A stretch of DNA of 64,000 nucleotides, from positions 6,054 through 70,053 of the forward strand of contig CAZXFB010000018.1 of NCBI GenBank assembly GCA_964639725.1, given 5' to 3'. Origin of the DNA: an uncultured Rikenellaceae bacterium. Lineage in GTDB: Bacteria; Bacteroidota; Bacteroidia; Bacteroidales; VadinHA17. How positions within the stretch are numbered: position 1 is the stretch's first letter; each line of letters starts with the position of its first letter. Below the pieces are notes generated by a model that did no database searches, was not told the DNA's origin, and worked only from the letters and a program-made list of their open reading frames with translations. Shown here piece after piece: positions 18,628-29,803 of the stretch. A program made the translations under genes and the position numbers.

Positions 18628-19965
18628 ATGAATAAATCTGATACTTACAGGATCTTCAGTGCTGCAGTTCTCATCATGTTATTGATTGCTCTGTTAATAT
18701 CATGCCAGACAACCAAGAAAAGTGTAGACTCAAAAGATCTTTCTTACCTCTATAATCCAACTAAAAACCCAATCAATCCACGTTATAGTATTCTGAATGA
18801 ATCGGATGAAACATCAGTACTCTCTGTTAAATTTTTCCCGGACGATCTTTTCTTTTCTGAAGCCAATGCTCAGGGTATCCCTACTGCATTGATCCAGTTA
18901 AATGTTAAACTTTATAATATCAGTCAGGGCAAAACATTGGCAGATACAGCATTTAATAACATCAGTATCGTAAGGGAAGAGGGAACGCCGGAATATATCT
19001 ACAGGTTACCACTCAAAGTGCAAAAAGGAATTGATTATGTAACAGAAGTTAAAATATTAGACAGACTACGTTTAAGTGTTGTTCAGGCATTTGTTTCTTT
19101 CAACACATTTTCTGATAGTAATAAATATAATTTCATTGCCAGGGGTCATTTTCAGAAAAATGAACTCTTTAATCCTGTGTTAAGAGTTAACGAATATGTC
19201 AACATACTTTATAAGAGAAAGCCTGTTGACTCTCTTTATTTATCCTATTATAAACCATATAAAAATATTCCGGACCCTCCTTCAATGATTCTTCCTGAAA
19301 AGAGTATCGATTATGGACCGGATGTAACCGTTCCTCTGCCCTATTCCGACACGCTTCCTCTGATGTTTCCGAAAGATGGTATTTATCTATGCACTATTGG
19401 GAAGAATAGTAAAGAAGGTTATTCCCTTTTTAACTTTGGAACTGCTTTCCCTTCTATAACAACTCCTGAAGCAATGGCAGAATCACTAGCATACCTGACG
19501 TCAAGTGATGAGATAGATAACATTATTGCTTCAGCCAGGCCTAAAGCAGCTCTGGATGATTTCTGGATCAAATGTGGTGGAAATATAGATAAGGCCCGTG
19601 AACTAATCAGAATTTATTATACAAGAGTACTCTATTCAAACTATTATTTTACTTCTTATAAAGAAGGCTGGCGCAGCGACAGAGGAATGATTTATATTAT
19701 TTACGGTCCTCCGGATAAAGTCTACAAGACTTCTGAAGGTGAGAACTGGGGTTATCGTAAACCTGTGATCAAAACAACCTGGGGAGGCAGGGTTCATTTA
19801 AATGAGGATTATGTTTTTTTCAATTTTAAAAAGAAAGAAAATATTTTTTCAGATAATGAATACTTCCTGAGCCGCAGTGAAACACCTGTAACCTATTGGG
19901 ATCAGGCCATAATTTCATGGAGAAAAGGCATAGTTTTCCGCCTTGATAATCCTGAAGATATTTAA
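18628..19965 (+). CDS. GWxTD domain-containing protein
   Basis: C-terminal GWRSDRGMIYIIYGPPD and GENWGY motifs. N-terminal signal/lipobox LISC. ATG at 18628 preferred over TTG at 18622. Confidence 0.75.
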   Translation: MNKSDTYRIFSAAVLIMLLIALLISCQTTKKSVDSKDLSYLYNPTKNPINPRYSILNESDETSVLSVKFFPDDLFFSEANAQGIPTALIQLNVKLYNISQGKTLADTAFNNISIVREEGTPEYIYRLPLKVQKGIDYVTEVKILDRLRLSVVQAFVSFNTFSDSNKYNFIARGHFQKNELFNPVLRVNEYVNILYKRKPVDSLYLSYYKPYKNIPDPPSMILPEKSIDYGPDVTVPLPYSDTLPLMFPKDGIYLCTIGKNSKEGYSLFNFGTAFPSITTPEAMAESLAYLTSSDEIDNIIASARPKAALDDFWIKCGGNIDKARELIRIYYTRVLYSNYYFTSYKEGWRSDRGMIYIIYGPPDKVYKTSEGENWGYRKPVIKTTWGGRVHLNEDYVFFNFKKKENIFSDNEYFLSRSETPVTYWDQAIISWRKGIVFRLDNPEDI

Positions 19966-19970
19966 ATATT

Positions 19971-20723
19971 ATGCAGAAAGAGACAGATTCAATTTTTGGA
20001 TTAAGAGCTGTTATTGAAGCTATAAGAGCTGGCAAACAGATCGACCGGCTGCTTATCAAACAGGGCCTTCAGGGTTCTTTGTACCACGAGCTTATGGCTG
20101 AGGTAAAAACCCATAATATTGTTTACCAGATTGTTCCTGTTGAGAGGATTGAGCTGGTGACAAGAAAAAATCACCAGGGTGTACTAGCATGGTTATCACT
20201 AATTGAATACCAGTATATCACAAACCTCCTTCCTATGATTTTTGAGAAAGGGGCAGATCCTCTGCTGATAGCACTTGACGGAGTTTCGGATGTAAGAAAT
20301 TTCGGAGCAATAGTCCGTACAGCGGATTGTCTGGGGGCGCATGCTGTCATTATTCCTGAAAAGGGATCTGCAAGGATAACTGCAGATGCAATCAAAACAT
20401 CAGCCGGAGCACTACACTCGTTTCCCATATGCAGGGAGAAAAGTATAGTAAGAACAATAGAATATCTTAAGGAATCAGGCCTTAAAATAATATGCGCTAC
20501 TGAAAAAACAGGTGAAGAGGCTCCTCTGGCACCCCTTGAAGGGCCGGCAGTGCTGATACTTGGTTCTGAAGAAAAAGGAATCAGTCGTGAACTGATTGCA
20601 TTATCAGACTACCAGATCAGAATACCGATGACCGGAAATATAGCTTCGCTTAATGTTTCAGTTGCAGCAGGTATACTGCTATATGAAATTGTAAGGCAAC
20701 GTTCACAAAAAATCAGTCAATAA
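19971..20723 (+). CDS. rlmB: 23S rRNA (guanosine-2'-O)-methyltransferase RlmB (SpoU/TrmH family)
   Basis: N-terminal SpoU_sub_bind (GLRAVIEAI) and SPOUT motifs (DGVSDVRNFGAIVRTA, LILGSEEKGIS, IPMTGNIASLNVSVAAGILLYE). Confidence 0.85.
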   Translation: MQKETDSIFGLRAVIEAIRAGKQIDRLLIKQGLQGSLYHELMAEVKTHNIVYQIVPVERIELVTRKNHQGVLAWLSLIEYQYITNLLPMIFEKGADPLLIALDGVSDVRNFGAIVRTADCLGAHAVIIPEKGSARITADAIKTSAGALHSFPICREKSIVRTIEYLKESGLKIICATEKTGEEAPLAPLEGPAVLILGSEEKGISRELIALSDYQIRIPMTGNIASLNVSVAAGILLYEIVRQRSQKISQ

Positions 20724-21930
20724 TACTCCTTATCCTTTGGTCAAGAGCCTCCTGATCAGATGAGAAAGAGGCAAGTCCTGCAAGTGTCAGTAAAGTATCA
20801 GGAGCAATTTTACAATCTTCGATCTTTTTTGCCCACCTTGCATGTACAGGTATCTTGCCATCAGAGGAAATAAATAGTTTCTCCTCTTTAGTAAGTGTCG
20901 GGAACATATCCTCGCAACCCTCCTCGTGTGCAATATGAATCAATTCCGCACCTGTTGCAGGTACTTTGGAGGCAAGTCTCTCAGACAGAGTGAGCACCTT
21001 ATCATCAACTTCCCAGAATTTCTCAATATGGGCCCCTTTGGAACTCTCAAACAGACTGATATTATAGTTTTCATGGATCCGCGAAATAAACTTCCCACTT
21101 AATTCTTTATGGCCGGCAGCAGCTACTTTTGGCGGCATTGTGTACACGTCAGTACCGGCAAGGAGTTCCAACTGATTAAAATTTCTTAGGCTTGCTGCAA
21201 TCAGTTTAGTCTGCCAGGGATTCTTAGCTGAAATACCAGTTACCCAATTCTGAGAAGAGATGACAGCCATTTCTCCTGCTCCGGTTCCATCTCCAAGATT
21301 ATTGTTGATCATATAGGCACCTATCCTGCCAAGAAATACATTAAGATAATCGGGTCTGGCAACACTTGTTACAATTACATTCTCACGTGCACTGAACTCA
21401 AGTGTAAAGTTTATCCTGACACCTGAATCACGAAGATGTCTTGCACCAATTAATCCTTCTGCAGTATAAGGAACTTTAACAATAAAATGCTCAGGACAGA
21501 TCTCATGAAGCCGTTTACCATAGTATTCAATTGCTTTAATATCATGTGCGGTATCGGTATGCAATTCTACACTTACATACCCGCCGAAGATATTTGCCAA
21601 TCTTAATCCATGACGTGCATTCAGAATGAAGGCAATCTCCTTTACCTTTTCTTCAAGAGGCAGTTCTCTGACAATACTTTTTGCTTCGGAAATAAATACA
21701 TCATATATCCCCTTCTGTATTTCATTGTTCAGCAATGTATTATTTGTAGTAAGGGCACTCATCTCAGCAGTCCAGTTAGACTCAGCTTCTTCCAGATCAC
21801 CTGTATCGAGCCATAGCTCAGTACCTGTATTACGAAGTGACTCCCAGAACGGGTCTTTTTTACCAGTGAAATGTTTTTCATTCAGGTTTTTCCATACAAA
21901 ATCGCTGATTCGGGTATTTAGGTCTGCCAT
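20713..21930 (-). CDS. Transaldolase-family protein (long form)
   Basis: ELWLDTGD; Schiff-base lysine context FIVKVPYTAEGL; INFTLEFS. Its 3' end overlaps rlmB convergently by 11 nt. Confidence 0.7.
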   Translation of the reverse strand: MADLNTRISDFVWKNLNEKHFTGKKDPFWESLRNTGTELWLDTGDLEEAESNWTAEMSALTTNNTLLNNEIQKGIYDVFISEAKSIVRELPLEEKVKEIAFILNARHGLRLANIFGGYVSVELHTDTAHDIKAIEYYGKRLHEICPEHFIVKVPYTAEGLIGARHLRDSGVRINFTLEFSARENVIVTSVARPDYLNVFLGRIGAYMINNNLGDGTGAGEMAVISSQNWVTGISAKNPWQTKLIAASLRNFNQLELLAGTDVYTMPPKVAAAGHKELSGKFISRIHENYNISLFESSKGAHIEKFWEVDDKVLTLSERLASKVPATGAELIHIAHEEGCEDMFPTLTKEEKLFISSDGKIPVHARWAKKIEDCKIAPDTLLTLAGLASFSSDQEALDQRIRSIID

Positions 21931-21963
21931 ATTCTTATATTATTTGTAAGTATTAATACATTT

Positions 21964-23232
21964 TTAATTTGATTTTGAAAGAGAAAGAAGATCATCGCCA
22001 GTTGGCTGCTGAAAAACTTTGATGTCAAACTCAGTCAGAATTGCCAGCAGATGCTCAAAAATTTCCGATTGTGCATTTTCGTAGGTCATTAAATCAATCT
22101 TGTTGGTAAATGCAACAATCTGGAGAGGAAGACCGTTTCCTTCAGGCGCCCTGTGCCTTAATATGATTGTTTGATTGTTTTCAATTATCGGGTGTTGCTT
22201 CAGATAAGATTCAGCATAATACCTGAAGATACCAAGATTTGTTAATTTCCCGGAATCATATGACTGGGGATGAACAACATTTTTTTCAATACCATTTTTA
22301 TCATCAATATTTTTATATGCTTCAAGGAACTCCTCCAGAACAGGGAAGGATCTTAGTCTTATTATCAAATCTTTATCCGGAAACCTGATACTTCTCATAT
22401 CAATAAAGAGCGATCGTTTTATTTGTCTTACACCTGCCTCTTCCATTCCCCTCCAGTTTTGAAACGATTCATTAACAAGAGAGTAGGTTGGGACTGTTAT
22501 AATTGTCTTGTCAAAATTCTGAACTTTAACCGTATTCAGAGTAATATCAGATACGACACCATCTACCTCGCGGCTTGAAATTGTTATCCAGTCACCTACT
22601 TTAAGCATTTTATTTGCTGAAAGCTGGATACTTGCAACAAGTCCAAGGAGAGTATCTTTGAAAACCAGTATTAGGACTGCCGCCATTGCGCCTAAACCGG
22701 CAATGATAGAGCTAACCTCTTTTTTAAATACTACAGATATTATAATTAATACTGCAATAAGGACAATGAATATTTTAACAAGCTGAACATAACCTTTTAT
22801 ATGCCTGTGCTGAGAAATGGGAAGAGTCAGGTAGATTTTATGCCAGGCTTCTATAAAGGAATTGACAACAACAACACTTATTAGGAGCATGTATATATAG
22901 GTCATCTTATGAACTGCAACAAGCCATAAGGGATATACTTTAAGTGCCCATCCGGCCATAAACCAGATTACAAGTGCCGGTGCAAAATGTGAAAGATGTG
23001 TAAATACTTTCTGTTCCAGAAAAATGTCATCCCACTGAGAAGTTGTTTTTTTTATAACCCTGGAAACAATCTTCAGAATCAAGGCTTTGGCAATCAGATT
23101 TGAGAGCCAGCTGATCAGAATTACAATCAGCACCAACCCTATAGTACTAAAGAATGAGGAAAGACCAATACTTAATCCTGCATCAATCAGAAATTCCTTA
23201 AGCCAGATTGCGGGATCATTTGATAATTGCAT
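21964..23232 (-). CDS. Mechanosensitive ion channel (MscS family)
   Basis: Multiple TM helices, then the MscS beta-domain pattern VGDWITISSREVDGVVSDITLNTVKVQNFDKTIITVPTYSL. Confidence 0.85.
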   Translation of the reverse strand: MQLSNDPAIWLKEFLIDAGLSIGLSSFFSTIGLVLIVILISWLSNLIAKALILKIVSRVIKKTTSQWDDIFLEQKVFTHLSHFAPALVIWFMAGWALKVYPLWLVAVHKMTYIYMLLISVVVVNSFIEAWHKIYLTLPISQHRHIKGYVQLVKIFIVLIAVLIIISVVFKKEVSSIIAGLGAMAAVLILVFKDTLLGLVASIQLSANKMLKVGDWITISSREVDGVVSDITLNTVKVQNFDKTIITVPTYSLVNESFQNWRGMEEAGVRQIKRSLFIDMRSIRFPDKDLIIRLRSFPVLEEFLEAYKNIDDKNGIEKNVVHPQSYDSGKLTNLGIFRYYAESYLKQHPIIENNQTIILRHRAPEGNGLPLQIVAFTNKIDLMTYENAQSEIFEHLLAILTEFDIKVFQQPTGDDLLSLSKSN

Positions 23233-23332
23233 AGTTTATATCAATATTATTCCGGAGCAAAATTAGTTAAATTATTAAACTGTCTCATTGAATATTTTTA
23301 GCTTTACGAAATTCTGTTAAATCCAATAATCT

Positions 23333-24607
23333 ATGAGAACAATTATAATACTCATTTTGTTTATTTCAACTTTGTCATTATCCGCTCAAAGCAGCTTTGA
23401 AAAGTATTTTACAGATAAAGTATTAAGATTTGACTTTATGCTTGCCGGCAACAATCAGGAGACAGTTGTTTATCCTCTAACAATGAAAGAAGAACCATTC
23501 TGGGCAGGATCATTTAAAAATCTTATAGATCCTTTTAATTACGGAAACTTCAAATATGAAGTATATGATGAGGAAAGCAATACACTGATATATTCCAGGG
23601 GGTTTTGTACCCTTTATCAGGAATGGCAAACCACAGCTGAGGCAAAACTAAAAGCAAGAAGCTTCTATGAAGTTGCCACTATGCCTTATCCAAAGAGCAA
23701 AATAAGGTTTGTACTCAGTATCAGGGAACGCAATGGATTATTTAAGAAACTTTATGAAACCAGCATTGATCCTTCTGATTATTTCATCAGAAAAGAGACT
23801 CCTGTTAAGGTTGGTATCTCCAGGATAAATGACGCGGGAGACCCACATCAATGTGTTGATATTGCGTTTATTGCAGAAGGATATACAGCAGATGAGATGA
23901 TAAAATTCAGGGAAGATGTTAAAAAAATGGCTGATGTGCTTTTTGCAGAACCCCCTTTTACAGATTTTAGAAACAAAATCAATATATGGGCTGTTGAGGC
24001 AATCTCTGAAGAATCAGGTACTGATATCCCTGGGGACAATATCTATGTAAACACTGTTTTGAATTCCTCATTTTATACATTTGATATTGACAGGTATCTT
24101 ACTACCACCGACATTAAGTCAGTAAATGATTATGCTGCTTCAGTACCCCACGATAATATCTTCGTGCTGATAAACTCAACTAAGTACGGAGGCGGCGGGG
24201 TTTATAATTACTACAGTGGAGCTTCATCAGGCAATGCTCTCTCTCCAATTGTCTTTATCCATGAATTCGGACATGGTTTTGTTGGGCTTGCAGATGAATA
24301 CTATTCATCCTCTGTTGCTTATGAAGAATTCTATCCTCTTAATGTTGAACCATGGGAACCCAATATTACTACTATGGTTGATTTTAATTCCAAATGGAAG
24401 CAACTTATCGGGAATAACATACCTGTTCCTACTCCTGATGAAGGAAAATATAAAAATTCCATAGGATTATTTGAAGGAGGGGGCTATTCGGCCAAAGGGA
24501 TATTTCGCTCCGAGTCAGAATGCAGAATGAAGAGCAACAGCCCAAAAGGATTCTGTACTGTATGTAAAAATGCTATTAAAGAGATGATAGGGTTCTATAC
24601 AAAGTAA
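23333..24607 (+). CDS. M64-family (IgA peptidase-like) zinc metallopeptidase
   Basis: Signal peptide; HEFGHGFVGLADEY zinc motif; GGGGVYN. Confidence 0.8.
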   Translation: MRTIIILILFISTLSLSAQSSFEKYFTDKVLRFDFMLAGNNQETVVYPLTMKEEPFWAGSFKNLIDPFNYGNFKYEVYDEESNTLIYSRGFCTLYQEWQTTAEAKLKARSFYEVATMPYPKSKIRFVLSIRERNGLFKKLYETSIDPSDYFIRKETPVKVGISRINDAGDPHQCVDIAFIAEGYTADEMIKFREDVKKMADVLFAEPPFTDFRNKINIWAVEAISEESGTDIPGDNIYVNTVLNSSFYTFDIDRYLTTTDIKSVNDYAASVPHDNIFVLINSTKYGGGGVYNYYSGASSGNALSPIVFIHEFGHGFVGLADEYYSSSVAYEEFYPLNVEPWEPNITTMVDFNSKWKQLIGNNIPVPTPDEGKYKNSIGLFEGGGYSAKGIFRSESECRMKSNSPKGFCTVCKNAIKEMIGFYTK

Positions 24608-24624
24608 GTTTTAACTAAAAACGA

Positions 24625-25839
24625 CTAAGAAACCAGAAACTCCTCCGGCACATCATTTAATCTCGATATATCTTCAATACTTTCCTTAATATCGAATCCT
24701 GCACGGCACTCTACAACACATGATTGACAATTTTTGCATGAGTCAACTGCCAAACCGGACTCCCTAAGAGTATGCTTTGCATATTTCAGATTCCTGTAAC
24801 CATAAGCGTACATATAGCTACGCATAACTGTTGGTATCTCCAGATTATATGGACATTGGGGAACACACTGGCGACATTGGAAACAATACAGACCAGGTGT
24901 TGAATTTACTGATGTTAAATTAAGATCCTTGATCTCCTGTTCCGACATTTTAATATTTTCCAGCATTTTCAGATTCTTCTCCAGCTCTTCCAGTGAAGAG
25001 ATGCCCGATACAATAGATGAAATATTTTCATTTTGTAATACCCATTTAAATGCAGCATCAGTATTAACTGGTTGTTTTGCTGACTTGTCATTGAATGCTC
25101 CAGCAGTGGTTTTCATAGCCACAACTCCCATTCCTGATTTAACAGCATAAGCAAGTGACTCATTCATAGACTCCTTATTCTCTGTTTTATAGTTATAAGA
25201 TGTCATTGCAATATCATATACCTTAGCATCAGCAGCAGCCCGTAGTGCCTCCTCACAATACCCATGTGTTGCAATACCTAGAAAACGCGTCTTGCCCTGC
25301 TGCTTAAGCTTCTGTAAAGCTTTGATCAGTGATTCATTCTGAATCATCTCTTTTTTTCCTGCATAAGGAAACAGAATAAAATCAACGTAATCCAAACCGA
25401 ATCTTGTGAGGCTTGATTCAGCTTTTTTTATATAGGCATTAATATCCATAGGAGATGTAAGAACACCTTTACGGGTATCATATCCTTCAAGTGGAATTGC
25501 TGTACCTATAATATATGAATCTCTTGGTAAACCTTTCAATCCATCGCCGACCATTTTTTCATTACTGCCTTCGCCATAATATGTAGCAGAGAAAAAAAGT
25601 TTGATTCCTCCAAAATAAGCAGATCGCACAAGGCCAGGATTGTTAACTGAACCTGTCCCAAGACTTATTAACGGTGTTCTTATCCCGGTTCTTCCAAGTA
25701 CCCTGGATGGCAGCCCAGGAATACTTTGCTGACCTTGAGTACATAATACGGAACCATTAATTGAACCTGGAATTAAAGCTGCACCTGACAATCCCAGAAT
25801 ACTTTTTTTAAGAAATTCACGTCGCTGACTTTTTTCCAT
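24625..25839 (-). CDS. Aldo/keto reductase with Tat signal and C-terminal 4Fe-4S cluster motifs
   Basis: RREFLKKS twin-arginine signal, AKR core, and Cys clusters CFQCRQCVPQCP and CKNCQSCVVEC. Confidence 0.8.
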   Translation of the reverse strand: MEKSQRREFLKKSILGLSGAALIPGSINGSVLCTQGQQSIPGLPSRVLGRTGIRTPLISLGTGSVNNPGLVRSAYFGGIKLFFSATYYGEGSNEKMVGDGLKGLPRDSYIIGTAIPLEGYDTRKGVLTSPMDINAYIKKAESSLTRFGLDYVDFILFPYAGKKEMIQNESLIKALQKLKQQGKTRFLGIATHGYCEEALRAAADAKVYDIAMTSYNYKTENKESMNESLAYAVKSGMGVVAMKTTAGAFNDKSAKQPVNTDAAFKWVLQNENISSIVSGISSLEELEKNLKMLENIKMSEQEIKDLNLTSVNSTPGLYCFQCRQCVPQCPYNLEIPTVMRSYMYAYGYRNLKYAKHTLRESGLAVDSCKNCQSCVVECRAGFDIKESIEDISRLNDVPEEFLVS

Positions 25840-26068
25840 TGGTTTATAGTTTTGGAAGAAATAATTTGCTTATCGAAAGTCTAAATTACAAGGAAATATT
25901 AAAGATTGCAACAGAAAAAAATTGCCTGCTTTATAAAAACCAATGCCCTGAATATAATTTTAATTTCTGAACATCACCATTCTCTATAATTGATCACAAA
26001 ACCCTACACCCAAAGAACTACTACAGTCCTGAAGTTTATAAAGTTAAATAATACCTGAAATAGTGATT

Positions 26069-26353
26069 TTAAGATCTCTGAAAACTTTCTACCTTAGAAT
26101 TTAATCCTTTAGCATTAAGCGATCTGCTCATAGCATAAAGTACTTCTTTTAAGCCGGTTTTGACTTCGCAACTACCTTTAAGATGTACTATCAATGCGCA
26201 TTGTTCAGCCTGTACGGCATCGTGACCACAAATCTCAACCAATGATTTGATTACATGATCGAATGTATTAATATTATCATTTAAAAGAACCAGTGAACTG
26301 GTTTCTTTGCTTTGTTTCAGCTTGTCGTCCCGATGCAATGTTCTCTCTTTCAT
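26069..26353 (-). CDS. clpS: ATP-dependent Clp protease adaptor ClpS
   Basis: LVLLNDNINTFDHVIKSLVEICGH...AEQCALIVHLKG core. ATGA overlap with the upstream gene. Confidence 0.85.
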   Translation of the reverse strand: MKERTLHRDDKLKQSKETSSLVLLNDNINTFDHVIKSLVEICGHDAVQAEQCALIVHLKGSCEVKTGLKEVLYAMSRSLNAKGLNSKVESFQRS

Positions 26354-28131
26354 TCTAATTGCTCAAATAATTTTCTTGCAGTCTCAACAGGAATCTCTCT
26401 TTTGCCCAGCCATGCAACGACTTTTGCATCTTTATAACCGTTCCGAATTATCAGATCGGAATACTCAGCAGCGCTCTCAAAAGTAATAAATTTCCCGATC
26501 AAATAAATAAACTTACCATCTTCAGCAATTTGAATATCCATCCCACGATTGCCAGCCATCTTCTTAATTCCGTCTGCAATATCATCTTTGACTGCCTTTA
26601 TTGTCCTCATCACCTCAACCCTGAAAGCAAGAGCCGGAGGCATAGTATCTCTGACAACTTCAGGCGCAGCCTCCATAATTGTTAAAAGAGGTTTCCTGCC
26701 CCACTCCTTTTCCAGAACAGCAGCTCTTTCTGCTGAGATAACTTTAGCTCCTGAAAATGCAACTACAAATGCATCCTTAAAACCTTTAGATTTAACAGCA
26801 ATAAGAGCTTTAGAAGCATCTGATGACCTCCTGAACATTCCTGCATAATAATTAGTCAGACTGTTTCCGTTAGGCCTGAGTCCAATAACAGGCGTAATAC
26901 CTTTAAAATAAGAAGCAGCAACAGGATTACGAAAAACAGCAACCTGTATACGATAAATCAATCCCTGAGGAACTTCAGGATCGATTTTTATTATGTTGTT
27001 TACATTATTAGCCTTACCTTGAACCACCTCAAAGACAGAAAATATTTCAACATCCTTTTTTGTTTCATATCTTATCTTAACACCTGAGACTGCCTTTTTT
27101 ACTGAATCCTGATCGGACTTTTGCCCAGGGTTTTGAATATTTGCATTAAGGTGCAGCTTCTCTTTTGTCATAATGACTGAATCCTTGGTTATTCCTGATT
27201 CTTTTATCACTATTACTTTTGCACCACTGTTTTTTTCAATTACGGGCTCTTCCAGGTTATCTCTTTCAGGATCATGAGCACCGGACTTAATATACTTATC
27301 ACTTTTCAGAGATTCAGATGCAGAGTACTTTGCGTCGGCTGCCTTCTGAAAGGAATCTGACAATAATTCAGCCTCACGGATCCTGATTCTCGTTATAGCT
27401 TTTTGATTCAGAGGCAGAGAATCAATGGTGCTTTTGTATTTATCTGCAATTGCACTGATCGAATCAGCCTTAACCTGAAAATCAAAAGCATCATCCAGAA
27501 GTTTTTCATAATCAGGTGGAAGTGATGACTTTTTTGCAGATATTAAATTAACCGGTGGCTGAGACATCTTGCCTCCGGTCCCATTCTCTTCTTTATCATT
27601 GGTTAAAGAGGTATTTTGTTTAACATTATTTAATACCCCTTGTTCTGTTTTTTGTATTTTCCCTTCATTCCTATTGCATTCGAGAATATATTCTGGTACT
27701 CCTTGATCCTTTGCTACTTTTTTCCCTGAGAGTTCCTCAAATCTTTTATAGGAAGTTATTGCATCACTGAATCTGCCTGACATTTGCTGTGCCCTTCCAA
27801 GATAAAAGAGAGCATCGGAAGGGATGCTGCGCACAGCAGCAGCTCCCTGCAGCGATTGCTGTAAAAATACTGCAGCTTTTTCTGGATCCTTGCTAAGCTT
27901 AACAAGACAAACACCTGAGTAGTATTTATATAATGGATCTTTTGGGTAGAAAACCAAAAGTTCACTGAACTGGCTATAGGCAGTTTCATACATCCCCTTC
28001 GAAAAAGTTTCAATAGAAGATTGCCGGGAGGGTTTTTTCTCAGTAGCCTGGGAGAATAAATCTCCAGAAGGGATAGTAGTTATTACCAATATAAATAATA
28101 AGGAGAAGAGTTCTCCTTTCTTAAAATCCAT
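26350..28131 (-). CDS. TPR-repeat protein with two C-terminal SPOR-like domains
   Basis: N-terminal signal and TPR-like helices. Two SPOR-like units (YRIQVAVFRN...KGFKDAFVVAF and FRVEVMR...NGYKDAKVVAW). ATG at 28131 preferred over GTG at 28149. Confidence 0.65.
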   Translation of the reverse strand: MDFKKGELFSLLFILVITTIPSGDLFSQATEKKPSRQSSIETFSKGMYETAYSQFSELLVFYPKDPLYKYYSGVCLVKLSKDPEKAAVFLQQSLQGAAAVRSIPSDALFYLGRAQQMSGRFSDAITSYKRFEELSGKKVAKDQGVPEYILECNRNEGKIQKTEQGVLNNVKQNTSLTNDKEENGTGGKMSQPPVNLISAKKSSLPPDYEKLLDDAFDFQVKADSISAIADKYKSTIDSLPLNQKAITRIRIREAELLSDSFQKAADAKYSASESLKSDKYIKSGAHDPERDNLEEPVIEKNSGAKVIVIKESGITKDSVIMTKEKLHLNANIQNPGQKSDQDSVKKAVSGVKIRYETKKDVEIFSVFEVVQGKANNVNNIIKIDPEVPQGLIYRIQVAVFRNPVAASYFKGITPVIGLRPNGNSLTNYYAGMFRRSSDASKALIAVKSKGFKDAFVVAFSGAKVISAERAAVLEKEWGRKPLLTIMEAAPEVVRDTMPPALAFRVEVMRTIKAVKDDIADGIKKMAGNRGMDIQIAEDGKFIYLIGKFITFESAAEYSDLIIRNGYKDAKVVAWLGKREIPVETARKLFEQLE

Positions 28132-28290
28132 TATTAAATTTATCTTCACAATTGACTTATATTCAAATTATTATAAACTTGTACAAAATTAGCATTTAAT
28201 GATCATTTGTTGATAACAAATAGTCATTTTTTTTCAGAAAACAATTCTAACTTCGTAAATTTACGCCTGATTTCAAAAATACATAAAACC

Positions 28291-28755
28291 ATGATCGGAT
28301 TAAAAGCAGGTATGAAAGCTCCCATCTTTGAGGGTATTGATCAAAATGGCAAAGTAATAAAACTTTGTGACCTTTCAGGAAAAAAAGTTATCCTCTATTT
28401 TTATCCAAAGGATAATACACCTGGTTGTACTGCTGAAGCCTGTAGTCTGCGCGACAACAATGATGCATTATTAAAAAAAGGTTTTATAGTCATTGGAGTT
28501 AGTATGGACAGCGAAAAATCACATAAAAGTTTTACAGAAAAGTATTCACTTCCTTTTTCACTTATAGCAGACACCTCTAAAACAATTCTGAATTTATATG
28601 GTGTATGGGGAGAAAAAAAGTTATACGGAAAGAGTTATTTCGGAATTATCCGTACAACATTTATCATTGATGAAGAAGGTGTTATAGAACATGTCATAAA
28701 TAAAGTTGAAACAAAAGACCATGCATCTCAAATATTAAAAATGTATCATAAATAA
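28291..28755 (+). CDS. bcp: Thioredoxin-dependent thiol peroxidase (Bcp)
   Basis: [15 protein letters not shown] peroxidatic Cys motif. ATG at 28291 preferred over the upstream TTG in the track. Confidence 0.88.
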   Translation: MIGLKAGMKAPIFEGIDQNGKVIKLCDLSGKKVILYFYPKDNTPGCTAEACSLRDNNDALLKKGFIVIGVSMDSEKSHKSFTEKYSLPFSLIADTSKTILNLYGVWGEKKLYGKSYFGIIRTTFIIDEEGVIEHVINKVETKDHASQILKMYHK

Positions 28756-28765
28756 AATCAATAAT

Positions 28766-29773
28766 ATGAGTAAGGATAGAAAAGAAATAAACAAGGATAA
28801 ACTTAAAGCTCTAGAGGTAACACTCGGCAAGATTGAGAAGGATTTTGGCAAAGGAACAATAATGAAACTGGGGGATCATGCCATTGATGATATCCAAATC
28901 ATTCCGACCGGTTCTATAGGACTTGATGCGGCCCTGGGCATCGGAGGACTGCCACGGGGAAGGGTTATTGAAATATATGGTCCGGAGGCTTCCGGAAAAA
29001 CGACTCTCGCGATCCATGCCATTGCCGAGGCACAAAAGAACGGAGGTATTGCAGCAATAATTGATGCTGAACATACATTCGACCGTAATTATGCTGAAAA
29101 ACTTGGCGTTGACGTTGAGAATCTTTTAATCTCACAACCTGATAATGGAGAACAGGCACTTGAGATTACAGACAATCTGATTCGTTCAGGAGCCCTGGAT
29201 ATTATTGTTATTGACTCTGTTGCAGCACTTACTCCAAAAGCCGAAATTGAAGGTGAGATGGGTGATTCTAAAATGGGCCTTCAGGCAAGGCTCATGTCTC
29301 AGGCCCTCAGAAAGCTTACAGCAAATATCAATAAAACAAACACTTCATGCGTTTTTATTAACCAGTTAAGGGATAAAATAGGCGTAATGTTCGGGAATCC
29401 TGAAACCACAACAGGAGGAAATGCTCTTAAATTTTATGCTTCCGTAAGACTTGATATACGCAGAACAAGTCAGCTCAAGGAAGGGGAGGAGATTATTGGG
29501 AGCAGAACGCGGGTAAAAATTGTAAAAAATAAACTGGCGCCACCATTCAGAAAAGCTGATTTCGATATTCTATACGGTGAAGGTATTTCACAGCTTGGGG
29601 AAATAGTTGATCTGGGAGTAGATTTTGACATAATTAAAAAAAGTGGATCATGGTTCAGTTACGGTGATACCAAGCTCGGACAGGGTCGCGATGCAGTGAA
29701 GCAGATACTGAAAGATAATCCTGAATTATACGATGAACTGAAGACCAAAGTATCTGAAGCTCTTAAAAAATAA
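28766..29773 (+). CDS. recA: Recombinase RecA
   Basis: [11 protein letters not shown] Walker [11 protein letters not shown], and loop-L2 region [35 protein letters not shown]. Confidence 0.97.
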   Translation: MSKDRKEINKDKLKALEVTLGKIEKDFGKGTIMKLGDHAIDDIQIIPTGSIGLDAALGIGGLPRGRVIEIYGPEASGKTTLAIHAIAEAQKNGGIAAIIDAEHTFDRNYAEKLGVDVENLLISQPDNGEQALEITDNLIRSGALDIIVIDSVAALTPKAEIEGEMGDSKMGLQARLMSQALRKLTANINKTNTSCVFINQLRDKIGVMFGNPETTTGGNALKFYASVRLDIRRTSQLKEGEEIIGSRTRVKIVKNKLAPPFRKADFDILYGEGISQLGEIVDLGVDFDIIKKSGSWFSYGDTKLGQGRDAVKQILKDNPELYDELKTKVSEALKK

Positions 29774-29803
29774 CTGGAGACTCAAATATTAAAACCACAT
29801 GAT

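Noticed and set aside
20713-20723. 11-nt convergent overlap of the rlmB and transaldolase-like 3' ends
   Set aside because: Short convergent overlaps are common in compact genomes, and nothing further suggests antisense regulation.
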